Assembly: GCA_965237955.1 (NCBI GenBank)
Contig: OZ250169.1
Coordinates: 7,456,001 to 7,520,000 of the forward strand
Reading direction: 5' to 3'
Source of the DNA: Candidatus Marinacidobacterales bacterium
GTDB lineage: Bacteria > Acidobacteriota > Vicinamibacteria > Marinacidobacterales > SMYC01
DNA length: 64,000 nt
The translations under genes and the position numbers were made by a program. Numbering within the stretch: position 1 is the first letter of the stretch; the number at the start of each line of letters is the position of its first letter. Below the pieces are notes generated by a model. That model had not been told where the DNA came from. It saw only the letters and a program-made list of their open reading frames with translations, and ran no database searches. Of this stretch, positions 49,631 to 60,099 are shown piece after piece.

Positions 49631-51595
49631 CTAGCTCCCATCGGCGTAGTCTGCTCGGAGACGTCGCCGCATGATCTTGTTGGATGCCGTGCGCGGAAGG
49701 AACTCCACGGTGACGACGTCGTGAATCTTGAAGAGTGGATTCAACTGCTTGGCGATCCTCTTACCTAGCGCCTTCTTCAGATTTTCGTCGGAGACATCAT
49801 TAAGCACGACAACGACGTAGACGACGAGCCGGTCAGCGCCCCCGCCCGCGGCCTGCACCGAGACCGCCGCGCTTTCTCTGACCGAGGGGTGCTCGTTCAC
49901 CACGCGCTCGAGCTCGATCGAGCTCACTTTGATACCGCCTAGATTCATGGTGTCGTCGGCACGGCCTCGAGCTTTGAAGTAGCCTTTTCCGAGCCGTGCT
50001 ATTTGATCGCCATGGCGTCGTAGCACCTCGCCCTTCGGTCCGGGCGGGCAGTCGTCGTAGTAAACGGTGTCGTGGTCGCGGTTCAGGAGCTCTTGCGACG
50101 AACCGAGCGCAGGCGGCACGAGAAACATCTCGCCCATCGCGCCTTCGGGAACGCTCCTCCCCTGTTCGTCGAGGATTACGACATCGATACCGAGGGCCGG
50201 CGTGGTGAACGCCGCTGGCGAAGCGGGCTGCAACACCGTCCCCGTCAAATGGCCTCCGCCGATCTCTGTACCGCCCAGATATTCGATCACCGGCGCGCGG
50301 TAGTCGGCGCGACTCATGAGCCAGAGATAGTCTTCCGCGCTCGATGCTTCGCCCGTCGAGGTGAAGACACGCACATTGGACCACGCACCAGCGTCGATCG
50401 ATTCCGCCGCTCGCCAGGCACGCACGATCGACGGAACCACGCCCAATACCGACACCGCCGAGCCGCGCACGAAGCCGGTGAACCCCGCGCCGGTGGGAAC
50501 GCCTTCGTAAAGAGCCATCGTCGCACCGTTCACGAACGACGCGTAGACCAGCCACGGCCCCATCATCCATCCGATGTTCGTCGGCCAGCACACGACATCG
50601 GTCGGATGAACATCCTGATGGAAGTGCGCATCCATCGCGGCCTTGATCGGTGTGAGCTGGGTCCACGGGATCGCCTTCGGCGTTCCCGTCGTGCCCGAGG
50701 AAAACAGAACGTTGGTCACGCGATACGGATTGGCGACGAAGCTCGGGCCGCTCCCGTCGTCTTTCAGAAAATGGTCCCAGGCGACATCCTGATTCTCGAG
50801 CTCGCGTGGGTCGACAACAACGACGAACGGTGGATCGTCGAACATCGCTACCGCGTCACGTACTTTCCGGTAGAGCTCGATAACGCGCTCGCCGCGGCGG
50901 TAGGTCGACACGGTGACGATTGCCCGGGCGCCGACGATGTCGATACGGCCGTGAAGCTCCTCGGACGAGAAACTATCGGCGACCGACACGACTCGACAGC
51001 CCGCTCGGACCGTTCCCAAATACGCGATGACACACTCGGGCGTCATCGGCATGTAGAGAGCAACGCCGTCGCTGGATCGGAAGCCGCGGGCACGGAGACC
51101 TTCTGCAAAGCGATCGACTTCCCTTTCGAGCTGTTCGTAGCTGAGACTCTCGAGTGAGTTGTCATCACGACCGAAAACGATTGCCGTCTTTTCGCGAGGC
51201 GCGGTGAAGCAGCTTCGCGTGATATCGAGCTCCGCTCCCGGAAGCCAGCGCGGATGCTTCACGCCGTTGTCGAGATCGAGGATCCGCTGCGGCTCTTTTT
51301 CGAAGACGATCTCGAGCCGCACGAGGACCCGCGACCAAAACGCTTCCGGCTCGTCCACGCTGAATCGATGGAGAGCTTCGTAGCTTTGGAGACCCAACGC
51401 GGTTTGGAGCTCGAACAGGTTCGATTGGGCTCGCACCTGGTCGTCGGGCTCCCACGCGATCGGTGGACCGTCGTCAGGAGCGCGATGTCGGTAGGCGTCT
51501 TGAAAGGATTCCCAATGTTCCGAGAAAGAAGGTCGTTCCCCCCGCTGAACGGCTCCCACGAATCGGCGCCATGGGCCTTCGCTCGCCACTCCCAT
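49631..51595 (-). CDS. AMP-dependent acyl-CoA synthetase (acetate-CoA ligase-like)
   Basis: FSSGTTGTPK, TGEAS, GGTEIGG, HGD, GRADD..NLGGIK and PRTASNK motifs. The ORF-track extension to 52195 is antisense to the next gene. Confidence 0.88.
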   Translation of the reverse strand: MGVASEGPWRRFVGAVQRGERPSFSEHWESFQDAYRHRAPDDGPPIAWEPDDQVRAQSNLFELQTALGLQSYEALHRFSVDEPEAFWSRVLVRLEIVFEKEPQRILDLDNGVKHPRWLPGAELDITRSCFTAPREKTAIVFGRDDNSLESLSYEQLEREVDRFAEGLRARGFRSSDGVALYMPMTPECVIAYLGTVRAGCRVVSVADSFSSEELHGRIDIVGARAIVTVSTYRRGERVIELYRKVRDAVAMFDDPPFVVVVDPRELENQDVAWDHFLKDDGSGPSFVANPYRVTNVLFSSGTTGTPKAIPWTQLTPIKAAMDAHFHQDVHPTDVVCWPTNIGWMMGPWLVYASFVNGATMALYEGVPTGAGFTGFVRGSAVSVLGVVPSIVRAWRAAESIDAGAWSNVRVFTSTGEASSAEDYLWLMSRADYRAPVIEYLGGTEIGGGHLTGTVLQPASPAAFTTPALGIDVVILDEQGRSVPEGAMGEMFLVPPALGSSQELLNRDHDTVYYDDCPPGPKGEVLRRHGDQIARLGKGYFKARGRADDTMNLGGIKVSSIELERVVNEHPSVRESAAVSVQAAGGGADRLVVYVVVVLNDVSDENLKKALGKRIAKQLNPLFKIHDVVTVEFLPRTASNKIMRRRLRADYADGS

Positions 51596-51661
51596 CAATG
51601 CCTCCGTAACGGCCCATCTTACACGGTGCCTTGCGCCGGAGTGGTACAGTACTTCACTATC

Positions 51662-53053
51662 ATGGCTGAACAAGCTGAGCAGCGGTCCTACGACGCGATC
51701 GTGGTCGGGACGGGTCAGGCCGCTAAGCCGCTCGCGAAGAGCCTCGGCAAGTCCGGCATGCGCACCGCGATCGTCGAGCGTGACGACCAGGTCGGTGGGA
51801 GCTGCATCGTGTACGGATGCACCCCGACAAAAACGATGGTCGCGAGCGCGCGTGTCGCACATCTCGTCAACCGGGCGGGCGATTACGGCGTTCGCACCGG
51901 AGCCGTCTCCGTCAATCTCGCCAAGGTGCGCGAGCGCAAGCGCGCGATCGTGGATCTGTTCAGCGGCGGCAGCAGGAAGGGACTCGAGCGCCAAGAGAAC
52001 GTCGATTTGATTTTCGGGGAAGCCAGCTTCGTAGGGCCGCACACGATGCGCGTCGGGGACGACCTCGAGTTGGAAGCGAGCAAGATCTTCCTCAACACCG
52101 GCACGCGCCCTGCCATTCCCCCGGTACAAGGTCTGTCCGACATTCTGTTTTTGACCTCGGGCTCGCTCATGGAGCTCGCCGATGTGCCCGAGCATCTCCT
52201 CATTCTCGGTGGCGGCTACATCGGCGTCGAGTTCAGCCAGATGTTTCGGCGATTCGGAGCCCGCGTCACCATCATCCAGCGTGCCGAGCGACTCCTTCCC
52301 CGCGAGGATTTCGACGTGTGCGACGCGATCCTCGAGATCCTGCGCGAGGACGGCGTCGAAGTGATGTTATCGTCGACGCTGAAGCGCGTTGCCCGAGACG
52401 GTGAAGGCGCCACCTCGGCTACGATTACGAGCCCCGCGGGCGAACAAGAGATAGAAGTCTCCGAGCTTCTCATCGCCGCCGGTCGCACGCCCAACGCGGA
52501 CCGCTTGAACCTGTCGGCTGCCGGCGTCGATGTCGATGATCGCGGTTTCATTCCCGTGAACGAGCGGCTCGAGACCAACGTGGATGGCATCTGGGCACTC
52601 GGCGACGTTACCGGTGGTCCCGCGTTCACCCACATTTCGTACGATGACTACCGCATCGTCGAAGCGAACGTCCTTCGAGGTGAGAGCCGAACGACGGCAG
52701 GACGCCTCATCCCCTATACGGTGTTCATGGATCCGGAGCTCGGTCGGGTGGGTCTCACCGAGCGCGAAGCCAAGGAGCAAGGGATCGAGCATGTGGTTGC
52801 AACGCTTCCTATGACCCACGTCGCGCGAGCGCTCGAAACCGACGAGACCCGGGGTTTCATGAAGGCGCTCGTCGCCCCCGACTCCGGCAAGATACTCGGG
52901 TGCGCGATACTGGGCGTCGCCGGCGGTGAGATCATGTCCGTCCTTCAAGTCGCGATGGCGGGTGGTCTTCCTTATACCGCGATCCGAGACGGCGTGTTTG
53001 CCCATCCTACGTTTTCGGAGTCGCTCAATAACTTGTTTATGCGGATCGAGTGA
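51662..53053 (+). CDS. Flavoprotein disulfide reductase (MerA/LpdA/RclA-like)
   Basis: GTGQA, GGSCIVYGCTPTK (CxxxxC), GGGYIGVE, WALGD and HPTFSE motifs. No C-terminal Cys-Cys. Confidence 0.9.
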   Translation: MAEQAEQRSYDAIVVGTGQAAKPLAKSLGKSGMRTAIVERDDQVGGSCIVYGCTPTKTMVASARVAHLVNRAGDYGVRTGAVSVNLAKVRERKRAIVDLFSGGSRKGLERQENVDLIFGEASFVGPHTMRVGDDLELEASKIFLNTGTRPAIPPVQGLSDILFLTSGSLMELADVPEHLLILGGGYIGVEFSQMFRRFGARVTIIQRAERLLPREDFDVCDAILEILREDGVEVMLSSTLKRVARDGEGATSATITSPAGEQEIEVSELLIAAGRTPNADRLNLSAAGVDVDDRGFIPVNERLETNVDGIWALGDVTGGPAFTHISYDDYRIVEANVLRGESRTTAGRLIPYTVFMDPELGRVGLTEREAKEQGIEHVVATLPMTHVARALETDETRGFMKALVAPDSGKILGCAILGVAGGEIMSVLQVAMAGGLPYTAIRDGVFAHPTFSESLNNLFMRIE

Positions 53054-53146
53054 ACAGGTATACCGACTACTTGTGAACGGCGCCATAGACGCCCGTCGTC
53101 GCTTGCCTGATTATCGAGATTATGAAGATAACGGGCTTGCGTCATA

Positions 53147-53743
53147 ATGGAGCCGATCGTGAGCGAGGCCACAGTACGCGACCCGGATCTGCGCGTGCTT
53201 ATGGTCGCCTACCAGGCGGGCGAGCTCGCCGCATTCGACGAGCTTTATGCTCTGCTCGCACCCAAGCTGCGCGGCTACCTGTCCTCACTCACCTGGAACC
53301 CGTCGCTGGCCGAAGACCTTCTGCAAGAAACGTTTCTCCAGATCCACCGCTCACGGCGCACCTACATGCCTTTACGACCGGTGCAACCCTGGGCCTTCGC
53401 TATCGCGCGTCATGTGTTTCTGATGGACCGGAGAGCAACGGCACGCCGGTCGAAGTTCGAGAGCGGACAGCTCGACGAGCTCCCGGAGATTCCGGTGCCC
53501 ACTTCCATCGAGCAGCTAGGGACTCGCGCCGACGTGCGGAAGGCATTGGGATGTCTCGCGGACGATCGGCGCGAGGCAGTGCTGCTCCATCACGTTTGGG
53601 GCTTCAGCTTCGGGGAAATCGGCGCCATGCTCGGCATCCGCGAAGGGACCGCGAAGCTGAGGGCGTATCGCGCCATCAACACGTTGCGGGAGATGCTCTC
53701 GAGAGAGACCGCGAGCGAAGGAGGCACTCATGATTCACGATAG
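53147..53743 (+). CDS. ECF RNA polymerase sigma factor
   Basis: LMVAYQAGE..AF..LY, AEDLLQETFLQIH, PWAFAIAR and region-4 HTH. Confidence 0.92.
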   Translation: MEPIVSEATVRDPDLRVLMVAYQAGELAAFDELYALLAPKLRGYLSSLTWNPSLAEDLLQETFLQIHRSRRTYMPLRPVQPWAFAIARHVFLMDRRATARRSKFESGQLDELPEIPVPTSIEQLGTRADVRKALGCLADDRREAVLLHHVWGFSFGEIGAMLGIREGTAKLRAYRAINTLREMLSRETASEGGTHDSR

Positions 53744-54404
53744 CTCCTTCGAGCGCGTCCGGGACGAAGTGTCCAAGAACCTCGAGCCGGTGACGGCACT
53801 CCGGCCGGCGTGGATGAGCGCTCTCGTCGCGATCCCCGTCGCCCTGTTCTTGCTGAGCCTCGTGCTCGTGGTCTACGGGCTGAGGAGTGATGCCGCCTCG
53901 ATCGGAGCCTGGGCGCTGTGGGGACCGGCGAGCTTGATGGTGGCGGCGGCCTATGCAGTCCTCGTGCTCGCACTCGTTCAGCGGGCGCCCGAATCGACGG
54001 TGAGAGCGGTGTGGTGGATCGCGCTCCCGCTGTTGGCGATCGCTATTCAGCTAGGCGGCGCGTACTGGACCCTTGCCTATAGCGGGCCGCCTGTGGCCGT
54101 GAGCTGGCAGACCGAGGCTATGTGTTTTTGGCGCATCTCGGCTCTCGGGGTGCCGTCGGTGCTCCTGGTCTTGTGGCTTCTGTCGCGCGGCTTGCCGCTT
54201 CGGCCCAAGGTCGCCGGTCTTCTCGCCGGTATCGGAGGCGGACTCTTGTCGGAAGGTGTTTACCGTCTCCATTGCGGGATGTCGCACCCAACGCACATCG
54301 TGCCCTGGCACACCGGTGCGATCCTCGTCATGGGCCTTCTTGGCCTTATCGCCGGCATGTGGTGGGAGCGCCGTCAGCTTCAAAGCTGGCAAGAGCAGAG
54401 CTAA
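53730..54404 (+). CDS. NrsF/DUF1109-like membrane anti-sigma factor
   Basis: About six TM segments with two Cys (AMCF, YRLHC...WH) and RGLPLRP..AG; overlaps the ECF gene. Confidence 0.8.
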   Translation: MIHDSSFERVRDEVSKNLEPVTALRPAWMSALVAIPVALFLLSLVLVVYGLRSDAASIGAWALWGPASLMVAAAYAVLVLALVQRAPESTVRAVWWIALPLLAIAIQLGGAYWTLAYSGPPVAVSWQTEAMCFWRISALGVPSVLLVLWLLSRGLPLRPKVAGLLAGIGGGLLSEGVYRLHCGMSHPTHIVPWHTGAILVMGLLGLIAGMWWERRQLQSWQEQS

Positions 54405-54446
54405 AGTCGGCAGAGTGCTAGAATCCTTCTCGTGGGAGGGGTTGCC

Positions 54447-55466
54447 ATGAGCCGAGCCTTCGAATCGAACGTACTCTCTCGTGACGTCACACCCGAGTCG
54501 GTGTTCTTCGACCGGAGGCGCTTTCTCACCGCGCTCGGCCTTTCGGGCATTTCCATTGCTGCCGGCCCGTCCCTTTTGGCAGCGCCGCCCAAAGAGCCCG
54601 AGCTTCTGGGCCTTCCCTACGAGAACGACGACGTCTTCCCTGCAACCCGCAACGATGGCTTCGCGGTCCCCGACGCGATCGAGCGCAAAGACTTGACGCC
54701 ACGGGAAATCGCGGCGTCTCACAACAACTTCTATGAATTTCTTCCCGGTCGCGGCGGGCCCGTGTGGGAGTACACCGGGGATTACAAGGTCGAGCCGTGG
54801 AAAGTCGAAGTCCGTGGCGAGTGCGACAAGCCGGGCACGTTCGATCTCGACGATCTCCTCGACTTCGATCACGAAGAACGCATCTATCACTTCCGCTGCG
54901 TCGAGCGGTGGGCGATGAACGTTCCTTGGACCGGTTTTCCGCTCAAGAAGCTCCTCGCACGCGTCGAGCCGAAGGCCTCGGCGAAATACGTTCGCTTCGT
55001 AAGCGCCGTCAAGAAAAATCAAATGCCCGGCGTCGTCTCAGCCGACTGGTATCCGTGGCCTTACCAAGAAGCACTCCGCATGGACGAAGCGATGAACGAG
55101 CTCGCGCTCGTCGTCACCGGAGTGTACGGCAAGCCTCTCTTGAAACAACACGGAGTACCGGTGCGCATCACCGTTCCGTGGAAATACGGCTACAAGAACC
55201 CCAAGGCGATTGTCAAAATCGAGCTCACGTCGAAACAACCCAAGACCTTCTGGCAGATCCAGCCCCACGAGTACGGTTTCATCTCGAACGTGAACCCGTT
55301 CATCCCGCACCCCCGTTGGAGCCAGGCGGTGTCCCATTGGCTCGACGACCGCGAGCCGTTCCCGACGCCGCTCTACAACGGCTATGGGAGCTACGTTTCC
55401 GATCTGTACCCGGACGAGCCCCGGACGCTGCAAAAAGCGCTGAAACCCGGCCAAAAAGCTAGATAA
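54447..55466 (+). CDS. msrP: Protein-methionine-sulfoxide reductase catalytic subunit
   Basis: VTPESVFFDRRRFL Tat signal; NNFYEF, RCVERW, WPY.E.LRMDEA, PWKYGYK and NVNP...HPRWSQA motifs. Confidence 0.93.
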   Translation: MSRAFESNVLSRDVTPESVFFDRRRFLTALGLSGISIAAGPSLLAAPPKEPELLGLPYENDDVFPATRNDGFAVPDAIERKDLTPREIAASHNNFYEFLPGRGGPVWEYTGDYKVEPWKVEVRGECDKPGTFDLDDLLDFDHEERIYHFRCVERWAMNVPWTGFPLKKLLARVEPKASAKYVRFVSAVKKNQMPGVVSADWYPWPYQEALRMDEAMNELALVVTGVYGKPLLKQHGVPVRITVPWKYGYKNPKAIVKIELTSKQPKTFWQIQPHEYGFISNVNPFIPHPRWSQAVSHWLDDREPFPTPLYNGYGSYVSDLYPDEPRTLQKALKPGQKAR

Positions 55467-55556
55467 AAAAAGTCAAATGTTGTAACGAAACCTCCCCTCC
55501 CGGCAAAAGAGCTTAGTGAACACGGTGCCGCGTTCGTCGGAGGGATGGAGAGGACG

Positions 55557-56243
55557 ATGATGAAGTTACAACGTACCAAGAGCTTAGGTGAGTTCACGCT
55601 CTTCGAGGATCTCGAGCCGCAAGAGCTTTCTGATCTCGACACCATCCCAACCCGTTTCGCGCCGAAAGGGCGTTTGTTGTACTTGCCCGGCGACGACTCC
55701 GAAGCCGTTTTCTTCCTGGCATCGGGCCGCGTCAAAATCTCGCGGCTTTCCGATCACGGCAAGGAGTTCATCCTCGAAATCGTCGAGCCCGGGGCTTGGT
55801 TTGGCGAGACCGGGGTTCTCGACGACAAAACGCGCGAAACCGTCGCCGAGGTTCTAGAGCCTTCCACGATCTTCGCCGTGCCTGCCAAAGCGTTCCGTGC
55901 AACCCTCACGCGCAACCCTGCGCTCCTGATGAAACTCACGCAATCGATGGGTCGACGTCAGCAGCAACTCGAAAAACGCCTGATGGACGTCGTCTACAAG
56001 AACGCTCCGCAGCGGCTCGCAGATTTGTTGCTAGAGCTGAGCCAGAGCTACGGCGTTCGGGACAGCCGTGGAATTCTCTTACGCATCAAGTTGAGCCAAT
56101 CGGCGCTCGGAAACCTTCTCGGGGTGAGCCGAGAGATCGTCAACCACACCTTCTCCGGGCTGAAACGTCGCGGCGTGATCGCCGTCGCCGAAGGCCGCGT
56201 GATCATTCAGGATCCAGAGGCGCTGGCTGAACTAGCAGCCTGA
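55557..56243 (+). CDS. Crp/Fnr family transcriptional regulator
   Basis: cNMP-binding-like domain (SGRVKI, FGE, R...A) and HTH LSQSALGNLLGVSREIVN. No Fnr cysteines. Start uncertain (55545-55560). Confidence 0.9.
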   Translation: MMKLQRTKSLGEFTLFEDLEPQELSDLDTIPTRFAPKGRLLYLPGDDSEAVFFLASGRVKISRLSDHGKEFILEIVEPGAWFGETGVLDDKTRETVAEVLEPSTIFAVPAKAFRATLTRNPALLMKLTQSMGRRQQQLEKRLMDVVYKNAPQRLADLLLELSQSYGVRDSRGILLRIKLSQSALGNLLGVSREIVNHTFSGLKRRGVIAVAEGRVIIQDPEALAELAA

Positions 56244-56551
56244 TTTATGTTGACCCCTTGACTCAGGCTAATGTCCGCCTCTCAGGAGGCGGATATGAAC
56301 GAAGGACAACATGGGCGGCGGCACTCGCTCTCGCCATTATCGCTCCCCTCGCGAGTGGGCAAAACGAGATCGTGGTCGGCGGCGGCACCGACCGACATTG
56401 CGGCGAAGACCCGGGTGGGAAGGCGGCCGGGTGAGGGTCGTGTCCGAAGACGCATACGACTCTGAAGCTCACGAAGCCGATCTCCCAGCCCTAGCACAAC
56501 TGCGACTTTGCGTTGTTTTTTCCTAGCCTGCGTTAGAGATAGAATCCGCTC

Positions 56552-56911
56552 ATGTTGTGGGTTCGCGTTGGGGCCATCCTCATGTTTGTCGCCGTTGGCC
56601 TGGGTGCCTTCGGTGCTCATGCTTTGCGGCAGCGCCTCTCGCCGGAGATGCTCGCGATTTTTGAGACCGGTGTGCGCTATCACGTCTACCACGCGCTTGG
56701 GCTGTTCGCGGTCGCGTGGGTCGCCGACAAGAACCCGGCAAGTTGGGCGAATGCAGCCGGCTGGGCGTTCACGGTGGGCATCGTCGTTTTTTCCGGTAGC
56801 CTCTACGTCTTGAGCATCACTGGCGTTCGGTGGCTCGGAGCGGTCACCCCCCTTGGCGGCGCGGCCTTTCTCGCCGGCTGGATCCTGCTCTTTCTGGCCG
56901 CCGCCCGATGA
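56552..56911 (+). CDS. DUF423 membrane protein
   Basis: GAFGAH.L, TGVRYH.YHAL, FSGSLY and GAVTPLGG motifs. Confidence 0.92.
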   Translation: MLWVRVGAILMFVAVGLGAFGAHALRQRLSPEMLAIFETGVRYHVYHALGLFAVAWVADKNPASWANAAGWAFTVGIVVFSGSLYVLSITGVRWLGAVTPLGGAAFLAGWILLFLAAAR

Positions 56912-57543
56912 CGGACGTCATCGGCCGCCCGGAGCTCATCTACGTAGGCGATCCGCTGTGCTCGTGGTGTTGGGGATTTGCTCCCTCACTTCGGACACTG
57001 CGCCTGAGACATCCGGATCGCTTCCGTTACCGCATCTTGCTAGGTGGCTTACGTACCGGCTCTTCGGCGTTGCAAGTCGATGAACAGGTTCGCTCCTACC
57101 TCTCCGTCGCGTGGAAGGAAGTCGAGCGGCGATCGGGACAGCCGTTCAATCACGAATTCCTCGAGACTGCCGATTTCGTTTACGACACCGAGCCTGCTTG
57201 CCGGGCCGTGGTGGCGGTGCGCCAGTTGGCGCCCGATCTTGTGTTCGAGTACAACGAAGCGCTTCAAGACGCGTTCTACCACCGGAGTCTCGACCCGACA
57301 AAGCTCGAGACGTTTCTCACCATTGCCCGCGAGCAAGGACTACCGGAAGAGGCGTTCGAAACAGCCTTCCACACCGAGGAGATCCACCGCGAAACGCGAG
57401 AAGATTTCGACAAAGCGCGGTCGTTGGGCGTTCACGGCTTCCCCACACTTCTCGTCCGCGCCAACGGGTCGACACAAACCATCACCAACGGCTGGCTTGC
57501 CCCGGAGGCGCTGACCGACCAACTCGCTCCCTGGCTACAATAG
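56908..57543 (+). CDS. DsbA-family (DSBA-like thioredoxin) protein
   Basis: DPLCSWCWGF, YDTEPACRA and GVHGFPTL motifs. ATGA overlap with the DUF423 gene. Confidence 0.9.
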   Translation: MTDVIGRPELIYVGDPLCSWCWGFAPSLRTLRLRHPDRFRYRILLGGLRTGSSALQVDEQVRSYLSVAWKEVERRSGQPFNHEFLETADFVYDTEPACRAVVAVRQLAPDLVFEYNEALQDAFYHRSLDPTKLETFLTIAREQGLPEEAFETAFHTEEIHRETREDFDKARSLGVHGFPTLLVRANGSTQTITNGWLAPEALTDQLAPWLQ

Positions 57544-57582
57544 CTTGCCGTTTTTCGTCTGGTGTCTTCTCAGCACGATGAC

Positions 57583-60099
57583 ATGAGAACACTTCAGGAT
57601 CTCCTTCCGGAGATCGAGCGGCTCGGTGAGCGCGAAGCCATCGTTCACGCCAGTGCCTTCCGGACGACGCGGTGGACGTACCGCGACCTCTTCGAGCACG
57701 TCCAAGGAATGATGGCGCATTTCGACGAGCGAGGGCTCGAGCCCGGGGATCGGATTCTTCTGTGGGGCGAGAACCGACCCGAATGGCTTGCAACTTTTTG
57801 GGCTGCCGTCGCCCGCGGTGTCACCGTCGTTCCCATGGACTTCCGATCCTCGGCAACGCTGGTGTCGCGGGTACAAAACGAAGTCGATGCGAAACTTCTC
57901 ATCCACGGGTCGACGGTGGACGCGTCGAAGCGTCTCACCCTACCGCGGCTTGCTCTCGAAAAGGTCACCGGCCTCGTGTCGAACGAAACGCTCGCGGCAA
58001 CCCACGTCGAGCCATCCAATATCGTCCAGATCATCTACACGTCGGGTACCACGGGAGAGCCCAAAGGCGTCGTCCACCGGCACCGGAACCTCGTCGCCAA
58101 CCTCGCGCCGATTCGAAACGAGGCTCAGAAATTCGCGCTCTACATGCGCCCGTTTCAACCCATTCGTATCCTCGATCTTCTACCGTCGAGCCACGTGTTC
58201 GGCCAATTCACGGGCCTTTTCGTTCCTGTCGTGATTGGTGGCGCGGTCGCGTTCATGGATGAAGTGCACCCTTCGACCATCATCGACACCGTGCGCCGGG
58301 AGCGGATCTCGATCCTGTCCACCGTTCCCCGATTTCTCACGAGCCTCCGCGCCGAGCTCGAGCGGCGCTTCGACCTCGATGAGACCCTGCCGTCAAGCGG
58401 AGGCGGCGTCATGGGCGGGCTTCACCGTTGGTGGCGTCACCGCGCGATTCACTCGGAGTTTGGTTGGAAGTTCTGGGCCATCTTGTCGGGAGGCGCGCGT
58501 CTTCCGGTCCAAGACGAAGACTTCTGGCTTCGGCTCGGTTTTGTCGTCATTCAAGGCTACGGCATGACCGAGACGAGCTCGCTGGTCACGACGAACCACC
58601 CGTTCCACCCGAAGAAAGGCTCGCTCGGGAAGGCGGTCGGAAACCAGCAGATCAAGCTCGGCGACGACGGCGAAATCCTCGTACGTGGCGACAACGTCTC
58701 GCTCGAGTATTTCGGGCAGACACCGGCCGCTCGCGACACGTGGCTCCACACCGGCGACATCGGCGAGATCCGCGACGATGGTGTCCTCTACTACAAAGGC
58801 CGCAAGAAAGATGTCATCGTCCTCGCGGATGGTCTCAACGTCCACCCCGCCGACGTCGAAGCGGCACTCAACCACCAGCCCGAAGTGAAAGAAGCGGTCG
58901 TCGTCGGGCGAGCAAGCGAACGCGGCGACGTCGTCCATGCGGTGCTATTGATGAGACTGATGAGATCGACGACAACGGGCGATGCCGAGAGCGCCGTTAA
59001 GAACGCAAACACCGAGCTCGAGGCCCATCAACGAGTACAGGAATGGTCCGTGTGGCTTAACGACGACTTCCCGCGTACGGAATCCACGTTCAAGATCCGA
59101 CGTCACCAGATTCTCGCCCATCTAGCCGGACTGGCCGGACCGGCCGAACCGAAGAGCGGAAGCGGAACGCGCGCCATCCTCGCGAAAAAGCTCGGTCGAG
59201 ACGAAAACGAGCTCGCCGACTCCCAGAGCCTTTCCGAAGAGCTCGGGTTGACGTCTCTCGACCGTGTGGAGCTTCTCACCCATCTGGAGAGGGAGCTCGG
59301 GCGCGAGCTCTCGGAATCCGATATGGCGGCCGTCGAAACCGTGGGGGAGCTGGAGGCGTGGGCCGCGAGCGCATCGTCAACGCCGTCCACTGAGCGCTCG
59401 CCGCTCGACGGGCTTCCGCGCTATGCGCGGATAGCTCCCGTCCGGTTCGTGCGCACGATGTTCACGGAAGGCGTCATCCGCCCGCTGTTCCACTACTATC
59501 TGCCGTTGACCGTCGAGGGCAACTTGGAAGGCGTTCGAGGGCCGGTCATCTTCGCCGCCAATCACCAAAGCAATCTCGACACCCTCGCCGTGCTCACCGC
59601 GCTGCCGTACGCATGGCGGCGCGCGATAGCGCCCGTTGTCCACCAGGAGTACTTCGACGCCTACCTCGAGAGAAACGGAAATCTTCGCGAAAGAATCTCC
59701 GCGGCACTGCAGTACTGGCTCGCGCTCGTGCTCGTCAACGCTTTCCCTCTTCCGCGATCGGGAACGGGGACCAGAGCACCGATGCGTTTCGCGGGCTCGC
59801 TTGCCGATCGAGGCTATTCGATTCTCATTTTTCCCGAAGGCCGGCTCACGCGCGATGGAGCCATGGAACCGTTCAAGCCTGGAGTGGGTCTCTTGGCAAG
59901 GCGACTCGAGCTCCCGGTGGTCCCGATCCATCTGGACGGGCTCTTCGCCATACTTTCCTATCGTGATCGGTGGCCCAAGACCGGGCCGGTGCGGGTGCGC
60001 ATCGGCAAACCGATTCACTTCGACGAGAGCGAGAGCTTCGAGAACGCGGCGATGCGCGTCGAGGCCGCGGTCAGGGATCTCGGTCGACAATCCGATTAG
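57583..60099 (+). CDS. Long-chain acyl-CoA ligase - carrier domain - PlsC acyltransferase fusion (Aas-like)
   Basis: YTSGTTGEPKG, GYGMTE and TGD (ligase); LGLTSLDRVEL (phosphopantetheine Ser); NHQSNLD and FPEG (acyltransferase). Confidence 0.9.
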   Translation: MRTLQDLLPEIERLGEREAIVHASAFRTTRWTYRDLFEHVQGMMAHFDERGLEPGDRILLWGENRPEWLATFWAAVARGVTVVPMDFRSSATLVSRVQNEVDAKLLIHGSTVDASKRLTLPRLALEKVTGLVSNETLAATHVEPSNIVQIIYTSGTTGEPKGVVHRHRNLVANLAPIRNEAQKFALYMRPFQPIRILDLLPSSHVFGQFTGLFVPVVIGGAVAFMDEVHPSTIIDTVRRERISILSTVPRFLTSLRAELERRFDLDETLPSSGGGVMGGLHRWWRHRAIHSEFGWKFWAILSGGARLPVQDEDFWLRLGFVVIQGYGMTETSSLVTTNHPFHPKKGSLGKAVGNQQIKLGDDGEILVRGDNVSLEYFGQTPAARDTWLHTGDIGEIRDDGVLYYKGRKKDVIVLADGLNVHPADVEAALNHQPEVKEAVVVGRASERGDVVHAVLLMRLMRSTTTGDAESAVKNANTELEAHQRVQEWSVWLNDDFPRTESTFKIRRHQILAHLAGLAGPAEPKSGSGTRAILAKKLGRDENELADSQSLSEELGLTSLDRVELLTHLERELGRELSESDMAAVETVGELEAWAASASSTPSTERSPLDGLPRYARIAPVRFVRTMFTEGVIRPLFHYYLPLTVEGNLEGVRGPVIFAANHQSNLDTLAVLTALPYAWRRAIAPVVHQEYFDAYLERNGNLRERISAALQYWLALVLVNAFPLPRSGTGTRAPMRFAGSLADRGYSILIFPEGRLTRDGAMEPFKPGVGLLARRLELPVVPIHLDGLFAILSYRDRWPKTGPVRVRIGKPIHFDESESFENAAMRVEAAVRDLGRQSD

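Noticed and set aside
51662-53053. Calling the reductase merA
   Set aside because: It lacks the C-terminal Cys-Cys pair and NmerA domain, and no mer genes are adjacent.
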